A model generated the notes under the pieces. It saw nothing but the letters and a program-made list of their open reading frames with translations. It searched no databases and was not told where the DNA came from. Position numbers and translations under genes: made by a program. From positions 1-64,000 of IMG/VR virus record IMGVR_UViG_3300037493_007233: DNA of 64,000 nucleotides. One strand, written 5' to 3'. Each line of letters starts with the position of its first letter. Within the stretch, counting starts at the first letter, position 1. Source of the DNA: a virus. Positions 15,533 to 25,695 of this stretch are shown here, piece by piece.

Positions 15533-16624
15533 TCACAATTTTCTAAACTCTGGCTTAATAATTCTCCAGATTGTGGGCCCGATGTCCTTGCCGTCCAGAA
15601 GACCGAATAACAGGGATGGATGCTTGAATCCAGCAGTAGCAAATTGTGCAAACAACTTTCTAGTTCCAAGTCTTTTTATGGATTCAAAATGGTCCTCGTA
15701 CTCAGCCTTTAAAGCAGAGAATTCATTTAAAAGTTCAGTTTCGTATTCTTTAATCTTATTGAAAAACTCATCAGGTACACCTTTCAGTAAATTGTCCATA
15801 GATTCACCGCTAGACAAAACTTCCCAGACTGATGTAGTCGATAAATTAGTCATGATCTTATGAAGGGCAACGTAATCTTCGAATTTTATTTTCATCCGGA
15901 AGTTACCAGGAAAAAACCTTAAAACAAAACCTTCTTTGTTTTTTTCATTCTTTTCCTTCAAGGACTTGTAAAGATCATCCGAAAAATTAAAGTGTTGTTC
16001 TGTCTTAACAATATCTGATTTCTTGATTCCATTTGCAGCAAAAATAGAACAAGCGGTTGTCCAATGTAGTTCAGTTTCATCCGTTGGTTTCCAACCTGCA
16101 AATCCTTCGTTTAGGACTGCTGACAAGAAGGTTATTTTCTCCTTTCCATAGTCCACAACGATACGATTTTCAGGATATATGATTTCTACAAGATAAGCGT
16201 ACTCTTGTAGCCAAGCTCTATCAAATACCGGATACTTTCTTTTAATGATTTCCATTCCTTTGATTGCCTGTTCAGACGTAAATGAACCCCGAGTAGCCAT
16301 TATCCAGTCACCTTCGTAGCAGAACAGTATACCCAAAGAACCGTCCATCTTTTCCTGGATGTAAACGTAATCACCCTTGGATGGAATAAACCCCTTACCA
16401 ACAAGCTCTTCGTAGTTGAAGAATTTATTAAATGGGCGAACTAGGATAGTTCCCGATTTATCCTCGGTAATCAAACCTCTACATTGAAGGGTCACATCGT
16501 CCCAAAGCCCATCATACTGAACTTTTTCAGTGTAATTCCAAATAGTTAAGGGAAGACTTGGGTGTGACTGCTTTGAAAGCAATCCGTTCTCAAAGTACGT
16601 ATTTAGTGTAGCTATATCCATCAC
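15533..16624 (-). CDS. T4 Rnl1-type RNA ligase
   Basis: CRGLI, PFNKFFNY, motif I EKMDGSL, ATRGSF, EGFVL, KIK. Confidence 0.9.
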   Translation of the reverse strand: MMDIATLNTYFENGLLSKQSHPSLPLTIWNYTEKVQYDGLWDDVTLQCRGLITEDKSGTILVRPFNKFFNYEELVGKGFIPSKGDYVYIQEKMDGSLGILFCYEGDWIMATRGSFTSEQAIKGMEIIKRKYPVFDRAWLQEYAYLVEIIYPENRIVVDYGKEKITFLSAVLNEGFAGWKPTDETELHWTTACSIFAANGIKKSDIVKTEQHFNFSDDLYKSLKEKNEKNKEGFVLRFFPGNFRMKIKFEDYVALHKIMTNLSTTSVWEVLSSGESMDNLLKGVPDEFFNKIKEYETELLNEFSALKAEYEDHFESIKRLGTRKLFAQFATAGFKHPSLLFGLLDGKDIGPTIWRIIKPEFRKL

Positions 16625-16673
16625 AAGGAATTTACTACAAATGTAAAGGAATGTTTCGTACTAAAAAAATGTA

Positions 16674-18107
16674 CTAAAATCTTTTAATCACATAAAGCTT
16701 TTTACTTGCTCTTGTATAAGCAGTATACTTAATCCTATTCCTCTCTATCACATCAAGATTCAAATCGATGTCATCTTCTGAAAGGAAAGTCACGGTGTAT
16801 GTGCTACCCTGAGATTTGTGGGCTGTGATCGAATATGCGTAAGAGACGTCCGCAAAAGTTCTTAGAAAATCATAATACTGGATCCACGATTTATCCTTGC
16901 CTTTTTTTGCAATTGCCTCAGCTTTCAAAAAGTTAGCAGCTTTTTGAAAATCAGCTTGGCTTGATTCGTGAAGAATGTCTATTACCTCTTTACACCTTTC
17001 CCCATTATCGTCTAAATAATAGACTTCAGTTTCGTAGTACTTGAGATCAACAAGTTCGTGGTCAATCGAGACCTTCGAATTCTTGATCTTGTACTCATGA
17101 ACAGTAAATTCGTCGTTGGTATTGAACAGGATCTCTGACTGCCAGATGATTGGATTGTTTGCAATCAATTTTTCACCTACCAGTATTTTAGAAGTCAGTG
17201 CATCTTCTCCATAAATTACCTTTCTAACAATTCCATTCATTGTGGCAACTGTCTTATTTCTCCAAGCTATGACCTTACAATATTCAGAATTTTTCTCGAA
17301 TTCCTCTGTTTTGAAATATCTGGCTAGTATATCAGAAAATGACCTCCGTACTTCTACGTTATTGATGTTTATGAATTCAATTCCTTCGCCTTTGGCATTT
17401 ACCTTATTTTCGAGAGGAACCAAAGAAACAGATCTTCCGACATTTTCTCTTATGAGAACAGAGGAGGAGATAATTGGGTTATCCAGTTTTTGCCTCATGA
17501 TGGTACTTAGCTGGAGTGTCTTGATACCATATTGTTCCAGGAGTTCATCCATAAACGGAATGCAATCCGGTCTTCCTACTGGTGGGATTTGGGCAGGATC
17601 TCCCATACAGATAATTTTCGTCTTATCCCTTCTTTCAATTACTTTCTCAAATAGGTCATCGTTAAGCATAGAAACCTCATCGATGATAAGCAACTTGGTG
17701 GAATTTATGGCTGGTTTAAATCCTGTTTCTTGATCAGCAACAAATTCCTGCCTACCGTCCATTGTTATTCTTTCCTTTAATCCAAGTAATTTGTGGATAG
17801 TCTGAAAAGATAGTCTGGGGCTATATAAACCTGATGCCTGCTTGATTACCCTGACTGATTTATTAGTCGGTCCCGTTACTGCAATTTTGTACCAGTCCTT
17901 GTTGGGATAAACCTCATCTAGGATGTAGTTGACAAGGAGACTGATGCAAAAAGTTTTTCCTGTTCCAGCCCAGCCTTTAAGAACAAAAATCCTGTGATCG
18001 TCTTTGTCCATAATATAGGTCAAAAGGCGTTCAAAAGCAATCCTCTGGTCCGTGTTCATCACGTCCAGGTTGATTTCAGGTTTCTTTATTTTTTTCTTAG
18101 TCTTCAA
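16674..18107 (-). CDS. dda: Dda/RecD-like SF1B helicase
   Basis: GWAGTGKT, PTNKS, TIHKLL, IIDEVSM, GDPAQIPPV, TAHKSQGSTY, YTAYTRA. Confidence 0.85.
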   Translation of the reverse strand: MKTKKKIKKPEINLDVMNTDQRIAFERLLTYIMDKDDHRIFVLKGWAGTGKTFCISLLVNYILDEVYPNKDWYKIAVTGPTNKSVRVIKQASGLYSPRLSFQTIHKLLGLKERITMDGRQEFVADQETGFKPAINSTKLLIIDEVSMLNDDLFEKVIERRDKTKIICMGDPAQIPPVGRPDCIPFMDELLEQYGIKTLQLSTIMRQKLDNPIISSSVLIRENVGRSVSLVPLENKVNAKGEGIEFININNVEVRRSFSDILARYFKTEEFEKNSEYCKVIAWRNKTVATMNGIVRKVIYGEDALTSKILVGEKLIANNPIIWQSEILFNTNDEFTVHEYKIKNSKVSIDHELVDLKYYETEVYYLDDNGERCKEVIDILHESSQADFQKAANFLKAEAIAKKGKDKSWIQYYDFLRTFADVSYAYSITAHKSQGSTYTVTFLSEDDIDLNLDVIERNRIKYTAYTRASKKLYVIKRF

Positions 18108-18748
18108 GATGGCATGTACAAAATAGTTGGGTTGTCCTTATGGACATCAACCTCAGGATAAGATTTTCTAAATTTTGACAGATTAAATGGTCTTGTGATA
18201 ATGTGGGTACCGTTCTTTGTAGGCAGGTATTTAACAATTGGTTCCTTCCCGGTTTGAGCCTGGAGTTCCTGAACAAGCAAAGCAAGATTTCCAATCTCTG
18301 CTTTATTTGGCCAATCTACCCAATCAATATCAATGATCCACTTTTTCTCGCTGTCTTTGCAATAAGCTCCACACACAGACTCATATGCTTTATGAACTGA
18401 TCTAAAATCTTTGTTCATAATTTGGTCCGTTACCTTTTTAAGAGTGTGAAATGCCATAGACTCAAACGATCTTTTGTTCAGATTTATGCAAGCTCTGGCA
18501 TTGTTAAAGTCACAAAGATTAATAATCTCTGGCATCTTACTTTCCAGATATTCCCAAGATCTTACGTAAAAGGTCTTGACAACATAAGAATTGGAACCAA
18601 GATCTGGATTTTCCTTTTTTCTCTTCAGAATTTGAAGGTGCAGGAATTCATCACTAGATCCGAACTTTACCAAGTCTTTTATGATATCTAGATTGTTAAT
18701 CATTTTTTCTCCATTGTTGGTTTCAGCCAAAGAATACCGCTGAAGCAA
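18104..18748 (-). CDS. AEP (primase-polymerase) superfamily-like protein; start probably at ~18703
   Basis: WIIDID (DxD) and TKNGTHIIT motifs. Confidence 0.55.
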   Translation of the reverse strand: MLQRYSLAETNNGEKMINNLDIIKDLVKFGSSDEFLHLQILKRKKENPDLGSNSYVVKTFYVRSWEYLESKMPEIINLCDFNNARACINLNKRSFESMAFHTLKKVTDQIMNKDFRSVHKAYESVCGAYCKDSEKKWIIDIDWVDWPNKAEIGNLALLVQELQAQTGKEPIVKYLPTKNGTHIITRPFNLSKFRKSYPEVDVHKDNPTILYMPS

Positions 18749-19431
18749 AAATCGGCTAGTAGCGGGTATTTCATCAAAGTTTGCATAGTGAAGAAAGTAT
18801 CAAACGAAAAACACTTAATCAGTTCTTCTCTAATTCTTTCCTGCGAAACAACCGCCATTTTGACTTCATAATCATAGTTAGAGATCACATTTTGCATTTC
18901 CTCTGGAATTGTAAATCTCTTAGTAATAGAAAATCTTATTGCTCTCAAAATTCTTAGCGGATCGTCATGAAAGGTAACCTCACACGGAAGTGGTGTAACC
19001 AAAACCCCAGCTTTTAAGTGTTCAATGCCGTCGAAGAAGTCTATGATTTTTCCGTCATCGTCTTTTGCCAGTGCGTTCAAAGTGAAATCTCTTCTTTGCA
19101 AATCATCGAAAAGAGTTCCAGGTACTACAATAGGTGTTCTGGTAAATGGAATATATCCTGTTTCTTTCCGAGCCATAACAAAATCTGCAACACCAGAATA
19201 TTTGTGACTCAATGGAAATTTTGCTCGGATAGTGAAGCAGTCCCCAGTAACCAAAAAGATCTCAAATCCTTCCAGTCGAAGGAAGCTTTCTAGAATTCCA
19301 AATAAAGCGTGTGGTGAGCTTACATCTTTAAGTAAGCTATCATCAGCAACAGCAACATAATCGATGTCCTTAGATTTAAGACCTAAGATTTCGTCTCTAA
19401 TACAACCACCTACTTCATAGAATTTGAACAT
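18700..19431 (-). CDS. cca: tRNA nucleotidyltransferase (CCA-adding enzyme)
   Basis: VGGCIRD, DID, RRDFTLNA, DDPLRILRAIRF, ERIREEL. Confidence 0.9.
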   Translation of the reverse strand: MFKFYEVGGCIRDEILGLKSKDIDYVAVADDSLLKDVSSPHALFGILESFLRLEGFEIFLVTGDCFTIRAKFPLSHKYSGVADFVMARKETGYIPFTRTPIVVPGTLFDDLQRRDFTLNALAKDDDGKIIDFFDGIEHLKAGVLVTPLPCEVTFHDDPLRILRAIRFSITKRFTIPEEMQNVISNYDYEVKMAVVSQERIREELIKCFSFDTFFTMQTLMKYPLLADFCFSGILWLKPTMEKK

Positions 19432-19492
19432 ATATTTTTGTTTAACTCACAAAACTAACTTTTACAAGCGTAATGAAAAATCGAATCTGGAT

Positions 19493-20581
19493 TTACTTCT
19501 CGTTTTTCAGCAAAAATTTATTGCTGATAGCTTTGAATGAAATGGACATATCATAAGATCTTATAACTACGCCCTCTCTTTCCGTATTTGGATTTAGTCC
19601 TGACTTACCCTCTGCCCATTGAAGCATGCCCTCAACTGTATGTGGAAGCAGGAAATCCAATCCTAAAAATGGAACATAGTCAAATTCCAATTTTTCGATC
19701 ATCTCGACAAATTCTCTCATGACCAATTTTTTGTTATTATCAATATCGAAAGCATTGAAGAATTTTACGGTGTGACCCTTTATCTTATAAGGGTTTCCTT
19801 GGATGCCCTCTCCTATCAATTCACCCTGTAAGCAAATATTTACACCTAAAGCGCCAAGTTTTTCTTCAATCTGAAGCTCCCTGGCAACTTTCCAAAAAGT
19901 ATTATCTGGGGTTTCAAGAAGTTCCAAATTTCTAGAACATACCCCGAACTGACCGTTTCTGAAGTAAAATGTTGCGGATGACCCGTCGAGTTTTTCAGTC
20001 ACATAAAATTTGTGGTCGCTTCTGTAATTCAATTTTAAAAATTGTTCCTCTAGATTCTGCACTCTTTCCTCGTCGGTTTTTCGGAGGAATGAAGGAAATC
20101 CACCCTTAACCTTTCCCGAAAGCTCTGCTGGAATTGGCGGTTCATATTTAAGGACATGCAGATAATCTGTGACGTCAGTTCCTTCTTCAATTAGAATAGC
20201 ATCATCCCAAGGACCAAGTTGAAGCTGATCTCCCCAGGGCTGTTGGCTGATTCCAATTTTCATATCAGAATCGTTTTCTAAAATAGATAAGGGTAAGCAA
20301 AGACCCTGTGAAACTTGACCTTTTAATTTAATTGTTTTCAATCTGAATCCCTCAAGATCGCCCATCTTTTTATATGATGATTTTCTTAGAAATTCAAAAT
20401 CTTCTTCAATGGGTAAAAAAGAATCAATTTCGAAATAAACACATAGATCACCAGGTTTAAACTCGCCTTTCTTTGTTACAACTTTCCATCCATCGACAAC
20501 AGCCACCTCGATAGCATCTGCTCCTTCAATCGGGAGTAATTCTTTTATTTTGCGTATAGACGCTAATTTTCTTTCTATCAT
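19493..20581 (-). CDS. RNA ligase, DRB0094/Rnl5 family
   Basis: N-terminal OB (IEGADAIE..YFEIDS..SQGL), KTDEER, EKLDGSS, EGVV, FKAISNKFL. Confidence 0.9.
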   Translation of the reverse strand: MIERKLASIRKIKELLPIEGADAIEVAVVDGWKVVTKKGEFKPGDLCVYFEIDSFLPIEEDFEFLRKSSYKKMGDLEGFRLKTIKLKGQVSQGLCLPLSILENDSDMKIGISQQPWGDQLQLGPWDDAILIEEGTDVTDYLHVLKYEPPIPAELSGKVKGGFPSFLRKTDEERVQNLEEQFLKLNYRSDHKFYVTEKLDGSSATFYFRNGQFGVCSRNLELLETPDNTFWKVARELQIEEKLGALGVNICLQGELIGEGIQGNPYKIKGHTVKFFNAFDIDNNKKLVMREFVEMIEKLEFDYVPFLGLDFLLPHTVEGMLQWAEGKSGLNPNTEREGVVIRSYDMSISFKAISNKFLLKNEK

Positions 20582-20632
20582 TCTGCCTTGTAAATTTTTT
20601 CTAAATTGTTCAAATACTCATTTTTTTCTTAT

Positions 20633-21016
20633 TCATAGCTTAAATTCAAATCGGTTTTTCATTTGTTCTAGCTTATCGACCGGAACCCCGTGCACATTCT
20701 CACCTCCGTGGCGGTTTTCAACAATCAAGGAATACACCCTGTATCCTTTTTCTGCTGCCATTTGGAAATAGGGTTCCATTTCCCACTCCTGAGTAAATGT
20801 GTTGGAGACAACAATTTTTTGTATTCCCAAAAACATCCAATCCGAAACTTGGGCTTTACACCATTCGTGGGCAGTCCTTATTTTGGTAGGGTCAAACTTG
20901 TATTCTCCGTTTACCATAAAATACTGGTCTGCTTCCACTTGTTCTCCACCTAAACTCTTGGCGAGAGTTGATTTACCTGATCCTGGTAATCCTCTTAGTA
21001 AAAATAGTTCTTTCAT
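20633..21016 (-). CDS. P-loop kinase (AAA_33, polynucleotide-kinase-like)
   Basis: RGLPGSGKST, EAD, VSNT, NVHGVP. Confidence 0.85.
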   Translation of the reverse strand: MKELFLLRGLPGSGKSTLAKSLGGEQVEADQYFMVNGEYKFDPTKIRTAHEWCKAQVSDWMFLGIQKIVVSNTFTQEWEMEPYFQMAAEKGYRVYSLIVENRHGGENVHGVPVDKLEQMKNRFEFKL

Positions 21017-21502
21017 TTAGCTAAAATCTGTTGATGTTGAAACTCTAAGTCCGTCTACAACTTTATCGTAATATTTGGGACCGTGTGGGAGATAGCCAGG
21101 GGTTCCAATTTCCCTCTTTTTTTCGTATTCTGCATCAAATAAAATTCCATCCCATCCTAAAGCCATAGCGATGAATTCTTCAACCTCTAGCTCATCCCCA
21201 TATTCATCAACTACCCTACCAGATCTAACAAAGTTAAAAAGTTCATCCCGGTTAGAATAGTATTTGTTAGAATTGAAATTCCAACAAAATTTCCAGCCGG
21301 AAGATCTTTTCCCCAAATGGATATTTGTTCCATCTGTGAATTCTTCCCATGGATTCTCCCAAGAATTTTCCTCCCCTATGTACCGAAAATTTCTTTCTAT
21401 GAGTTGTGGGGTCAACTTCAGACCAATAATCCGTGCCTGCAGTCGATCTTTACGATCCTGCATTTCTTCTTCGGTCGGTATTCGGTAGAAATTGGTTCCC
21501 AT
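21017..21502 (-). CDS. hypothetical phage protein
   Basis: MGTNFY..HLGKRSSGWKF..DEYG. Confidence 0.7.
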   Translation of the reverse strand: MGTNFYRIPTEEEMQDRKDRLQARIIGLKLTPQLIERNFRYIGEENSWENPWEEFTDGTNIHLGKRSSGWKFCWNFNSNKYYSNRDELFNFVRSGRVVDEYGDELEVEEFIAMALGWDGILFDAEYEKKREIGTPGYLPHGPKYYDKVVDGLRVSTSTDFS

Positions 21503-22164
21503 TACTTTTTGTTGCGAATAATCTCGTCTATGATTCCGTACTTAACTGCTTCTTCGGCGTCCATCCAGAAATCTCGTGTTGCATCTTGCATTACAACTTC
21601 CGGATCTTTGGAACAATAAGATCCCAGAAGATCAAAGAGAATTTTATTAACCTTCTCCCATTCTTGGAAATCGATCTTTGCATCTTGAATGTTCCCGCCA
21701 AATCCTCCTGATGATTGGTGAAGCATAACTTTAGAAAATCTCAAACTGTATCTTTTGCCCTTGGTTCCAGCACCTAGTAGAATGGATCCCATTGAAGCTG
21801 CCATCCCAGTGTTTACTGTAACAATGTCAGATTTGATGTATTCCATGACATCTACCATAGAAAGTCCAGATTTAACCGACCCTCCTGGTGAATCTATATG
21901 CATAGTGATGTCCCTGTTTTCCACCGAGTCAAGGAACATTAGCTGTGCCTGAACTACTGTGGACATTTGGTCATTTACCGGTCCTGCAACCCAAAGGATT
22001 CTATCCATCATCAATCTGGAGAAGATGTCCATTTGTGTTACCCTCAATTCTCTTTCTTCAAGAATGTAAGGGGTTAAAGAAGACTCAACTTGCTTCTTGT
22101 AATAATCTAGTTTCAGTGAGCTTATTCCTTCGCTCATTGCAAATTTTTCAAATTCCTGTTTCAT
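21502..22164 (-). CDS. clpP: ATP-dependent Clp protease proteolytic subunit
   Basis: MDIFSRL, IDSPGG, AASMG, MLHQ, RDFWM..EAVKYGIID. Confidence 0.95.
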   Translation of the reverse strand: MKQEFEKFAMSEGISSLKLDYYKKQVESSLTPYILEERELRVTQMDIFSRLMMDRILWVAGPVNDQMSTVVQAQLMFLDSVENRDITMHIDSPGGSVKSGLSMVDVMEYIKSDIVTVNTGMAASMGSILLGAGTKGKRYSLRFSKVMLHQSSGGFGGNIQDAKIDFQEWEKVNKILFDLLGSYCSKDPEVVMQDATRDFWMDAEEAVKYGIIDEIIRNKK

Positions 22165-22354
22165 CTTCTACTTCTTGGTTAGTTGTGTTTTTAGACAGGA
22201 ATTCACGAATTATTTCCTGTGTTTGTGTAATTTCCCTTAATACGTCGTGTATGTTAACACTCCGATTTTTGTTTATCGTAAGGTCTTCAAGATCTGCGAT
22301 GGCTGAGCCCAGCTTATGGTCCGCCTCAAATAACAGGGTATTTGTTTTTGACAT
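22148..22354 (-). CDS. hypothetical protein
   Basis: Follows TATTTTTG promoter at 22377-22384, overlaps clpP start. Confidence 0.6.
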   Translation of the reverse strand: MSKTNTLLFEADHKLGSAIADLEDLTINKNRSVNIHDVLREITQTQEIIREFLSKNTTNQEVEDETGI

Positions 22355-22409
22355 GATTCTATTTTTGATTTAACCACAAAAATAGATTATTCAAACGCTA
22401 AAAAAAAAT

Positions 22410-24002
22410 TTAGGAGATCTTTCTTGAAATTATAAAATCTTCAGTGACAATATGATCTACAACCCCATCAATTAGATGTCTAATTACTTGATGCGGGTAG
22501 TTGTTAATTGGCTCACCGTGTGCATTGAAGGACGTATTGAGCACAACGGGTATTCCTGAGATTTTATAGTATTCAGAGATGATCGAATGGAAGTTGGGAT
22601 TGTTTTCAGAATTAACAATCTGTGGTCTAGAAGATCTATCTAGAAGCTGGACTACAGCAGGGATGGTCTCCAGCCATTCAGTCCTTGTGTTGTAGCACAA
22701 TGTCATAAATTCCGCCGAATATTTAGACTTATCACATTCGAAGATCGAATCAGCATATTCTTCCAACACCGATGGTGCAAAAGGCATAATCTCAGTTCTC
22801 TTTAGCTTTTGGTTAAGTTTGGAGTGTGTTTCTGGATCTGTTGGCTTTACTACTATACTTCGGTTTCCTAAAGCTCTTGGCCCATATTCAGTCCTACCGA
22901 AAAAGCATCCAATAACATCACCATCCTGAATAAGCTGTGCAACTTTTTGGTATGTCATTTCTTGACACACCACATGCTCAGCATTTTCAGATAAAGGGGT
23001 TTCCCACTTTTCCTTGCCGTGAGATTCACCAAGGAATGCATTCTTTAATCTTTTGGGTCTATTGTATTCACCAATCTCATTGGCACAGATTAGAGCAGCA
23101 CCTAATGCAAGACCTCCGTCTCCCATAGAAGGGTGAATAAACATCTCATCGAAAATGTCAAGAGAATTTATATGCTGGTTTAGCTTCACATTAGCAAAAA
23201 GACCGCCAGAGAAACAAATCTTTCTGTAATCCGGATGTCTTTGTGAAAGATCAGTCAGGAAATTTTCCATAATCTCTTCAGAATATTTCTGAAGCGTAAA
23301 AGCAAAATCTTCTCTATTTCCTGGGTGATTCAAAAATCCATTATGTAAACAATATTGATCAAAAATGTAGTGGAAAATTGATTCCCAGTTGGCAGGTTGA
23401 AAACTTAAATTTCCATCGTAAGAAATACACATCTTAAGCCAATCATAGATTTTCTGCGAAAACTTTCCATGAGCAGCAAGACCAACTACTTTACCCTCAT
23501 CTTTAAGCATTGTCCAGCCTAAGAAATTTGTAGAAGCAGCCCATATACCAGCTAGTGATGCTGTCGTTGGAATGTGTTGAGAATGTATTTCCTCCATCTC
23601 TCCATTTTCACAAAGCAGAATTTTTCCTCTGCTTCTATATCCCTTACCGTCGTGGCTTACTGAGATAACCTTACCTTCAAAGCCAGAGGTCAGGTAAGAT
23701 CCCATTGTATGGCAGTGATGGTGTGAGTAAGTTCTAGATTTTTTCTGTTGATCTGAAGTAATATTCTTAATAAAATTTCTGTAATATGGTCTTGAAAGTG
23801 CTATGTAATCACAATTCTCCAAAGTTACTCCATATTCTCTATTAATTACATCAAGTGAAAGGTCCGGAAATTGCCAGTTAGAGTGACAAGCCTTAACACC
23901 TGTCATTTTCTCCTCTTCCATTGCAAATAATATTTCGCCATCAACAATCAAGGCGGTTGAAGTATCGTGTGCTCCGTAGTTTAATCCTATAATTTTACTC
24001 AT
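22410..24002 (-). CDS. carbamoyltransferase, NodU/CmcH/TobZ family
   Basis: HDTS, EEEK, HHHCH, EGKVVGL, GGLFANVKLN, EYGPRALGNRS, LNTSFNAHGEP. Confidence 0.95.
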   Translation of the reverse strand: MSKIIGLNYGAHDTSTALIVDGEILFAMEEEKMTGVKACHSNWQFPDLSLDVINREYGVTLENCDYIALSRPYYRNFIKNITSDQQKKSRTYSHHHCHTMGSYLTSGFEGKVISVSHDGKGYRSRGKILLCENGEMEEIHSQHIPTTASLAGIWAASTNFLGWTMLKDEGKVVGLAAHGKFSQKIYDWLKMCISYDGNLSFQPANWESIFHYIFDQYCLHNGFLNHPGNREDFAFTLQKYSEEIMENFLTDLSQRHPDYRKICFSGGLFANVKLNQHINSLDIFDEMFIHPSMGDGGLALGAALICANEIGEYNRPKRLKNAFLGESHGKEKWETPLSENAEHVVCQEMTYQKVAQLIQDGDVIGCFFGRTEYGPRALGNRSIVVKPTDPETHSKLNQKLKRTEIMPFAPSVLEEYADSIFECDKSKYSAEFMTLCYNTRTEWLETIPAVVQLLDRSSRPQIVNSENNPNFHSIISEYYKISGIPVVLNTSFNAHGEPINNYPHQVIRHLIDGVVDHIVTEDFIISRKIS

Positions 24003-24634
24003 ATTCCTAGAATGTGCTTAATGATCTCCTCATTTGGGATTGAAACCCAATCAATTGGAATATCCCATGTTTTATAAGCTTTACCGTGATTCTCAAAAAT
24101 CAAATCTGATTCCCACCAAGATTCTGATCTGGACTGTATGTCAAACTTTTTAATTTCAAAACTTGCATAAAGATCATCTATTTGTGATTCTCCTGGATAA
24201 GCAAACTTGCAAATATTTTCTCCAAATTGTTGAATCAGCCTATCTTTAAATTTTGATTCAATGGTAAGATTGCACCCAGTTTTTTCACGGTAAAGAAAAG
24301 CACTCCTTACCCATTTAGACTGAACATCAAAGCTGTAATCAACGAACTTTAGCAGAACGTTCTTCCCCTTCTCGTCGAAAACATGTTCAAATATTTTAAC
24401 CGGTGTTTCGTTCTCCCAGCCCCACACGGCTACTTTCCAGTCGGTTCTAAACCTCCTAGCGTATTTGTAATAATGAAAGGGTCTAATGTCATGGCAGGTA
24501 TTTACAAGTCCCCATGAATTACCTATTTTCTCGAAGATTTCAACTAAGTAGAATTCCGACTGACCATCTAAAACGTGAATACATGGTCCATCTATAAATT
24601 CAGCATAGCAATCTGCCTTTTTAATAATATCCAT
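23999..24634 (-). CDS. degenerate Aah/TibC-like protein, carbamoyltransferase partner 3
   Basis: FIDGP..RRFRTDWKV..FEHVFDEKGKNVLLKF..W..YREKTGC..LYASF..ILGI. Confidence 0.6.
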   Translation of the reverse strand: MDIIKKADCYAEFIDGPCIHVLDGQSEFYLVEIFEKIGNSWGLVNTCHDIRPFHYYKYARRFRTDWKVAVWGWENETPVKIFEHVFDEKGKNVLLKFVDYSFDVQSKWVRSAFLYREKTGCNLTIESKFKDRLIQQFGENICKFAYPGESQIDDLYASFEIKKFDIQSRSESWWESDLIFENHGKAYKTWDIPIDWVSIPNEEIIKHILGI

Positions 24635-24644
24635 TAAAATTTTC

Positions 24645-24971
24645 TTAAATAAGAGATCTATTTACTGTCCTGTTAGCAACACCACCTATCCCTGGAAAGG
24701 CGCTAAATAAATTTTTAGCGTCCTTAATAGTTGTATCCCAAGGGGAATGGCTATTTTCATTAAACCTCTTCATGGGCAAGAAAGAATTTATTCTGTAATC
24801 TTCCAACTCTTTTTTAACCCTACATCTAACCGGATATTTGCCAAGCTCCGGCTCGTCTAATTCAATATAAAAAACTCCTGAGCCATCAGGGTTCCATCTC
24901 ACATCGGAAATAGTATAGGACTGCTTTCCGTTATCGATTAGGTATTCTTTAAGAGCAGACGTGAAATCCAT
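24645..24971 (-). CDS. hypothetical protein
   Basis: ORF in operon. Confidence 0.6.
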   Translation of the reverse strand: MDFTSALKEYLIDNGKQSYTISDVRWNPDGSGVFYIELDEPELGKYPVRCRVKKELEDYRINSFLPMKRFNENSHSPWDTTIKDAKNLFSAFPGIGGVANRTVNRSLI

Positions 24972-25270
24972 TATTTCTTGTGTGAATCGATTATTTCTTG
25001 AAACTTTGATTCGTGTTGTGCACCCGAAATTCTCTCTATTTCTTCTTCTCCTTTAAAAATAACCACGGTGGGAATATTTCTAATCCCGAATTCAGTAGTT
25101 AAAGCACTAGATTCATCAACATTAACTTTGATTATCTTTAAATCTGGGTTATTTTTTTGCAGAGAATCTAAAATTGGATGCAAAACCTTACACGGACCGC
25201 ACCAGGGTGCCCAAAAATCAACTATTGTTAAATCCCCATCCAGTTCTTTAACGAATTCTAAAATTTCCAT
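24971..25270 (-). CDS. trxA: thioredoxin
   Basis: DFWAPWCGPCK, IPT. Confidence 0.95.
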   Translation of the reverse strand: MEILEFVKELDGDLTIVDFWAPWCGPCKVLHPILDSLQKNNPDLKIIKVNVDESSALTTEFGIRNIPTVVIFKGEEEIERISGAQHESKFQEIIDSHKK

Positions 25271-25319
25271 CAGTCTAAATACTTTCTATTTTATATTACC
25301 AGGGTCTAACATTATTTCA

Positions 25320-25640
25320 TCACATGGTGAAAGTTTGGGTCATATCTGGATTGGTCCTATAAATAAACTGTGGACCTGGTGACATAATTACAGAAATTCC
25401 ATCAGAGAGTGTTTGCAAGCCCTGGATAAAGTTTTGGACGTCGTCTTTTTTCGCTGGTGGAAAATTAAAATGAACCATAACATCATTCACAATATCATCC
25501 AAAGATTTTTCAAATTCCCCAGTGTCGTGAAATGACATGTATTTCTCGTACTTCTTTACGAAATCTTTAATTTCAGCTTGCTCTACCTCAGATAAAGATA
25601 GGTTTGAAACAAAGTCATCAAATTCTAAAATTCTTCTCAT
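25320..25640 (-). CDS. hypothetical protein with capsid-targeting-like N-terminus
   Basis: MRRILEFDDF. Confidence 0.65.
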   Translation of the reverse strand: MRRILEFDDFVSNLSLSEVEQAEIKDFVKKYEKYMSFHDTGEFEKSLDDIVNDVMVHFNFPPAKKDDVQNFIQGLQTLSDGISVIMSPGPQFIYRTNPDMTQTFTM

Positions 25641-25695
25641 GAAACCATTTCTAATATTTTAGATATATATTTAATCAATTTATAAACTTACTACA

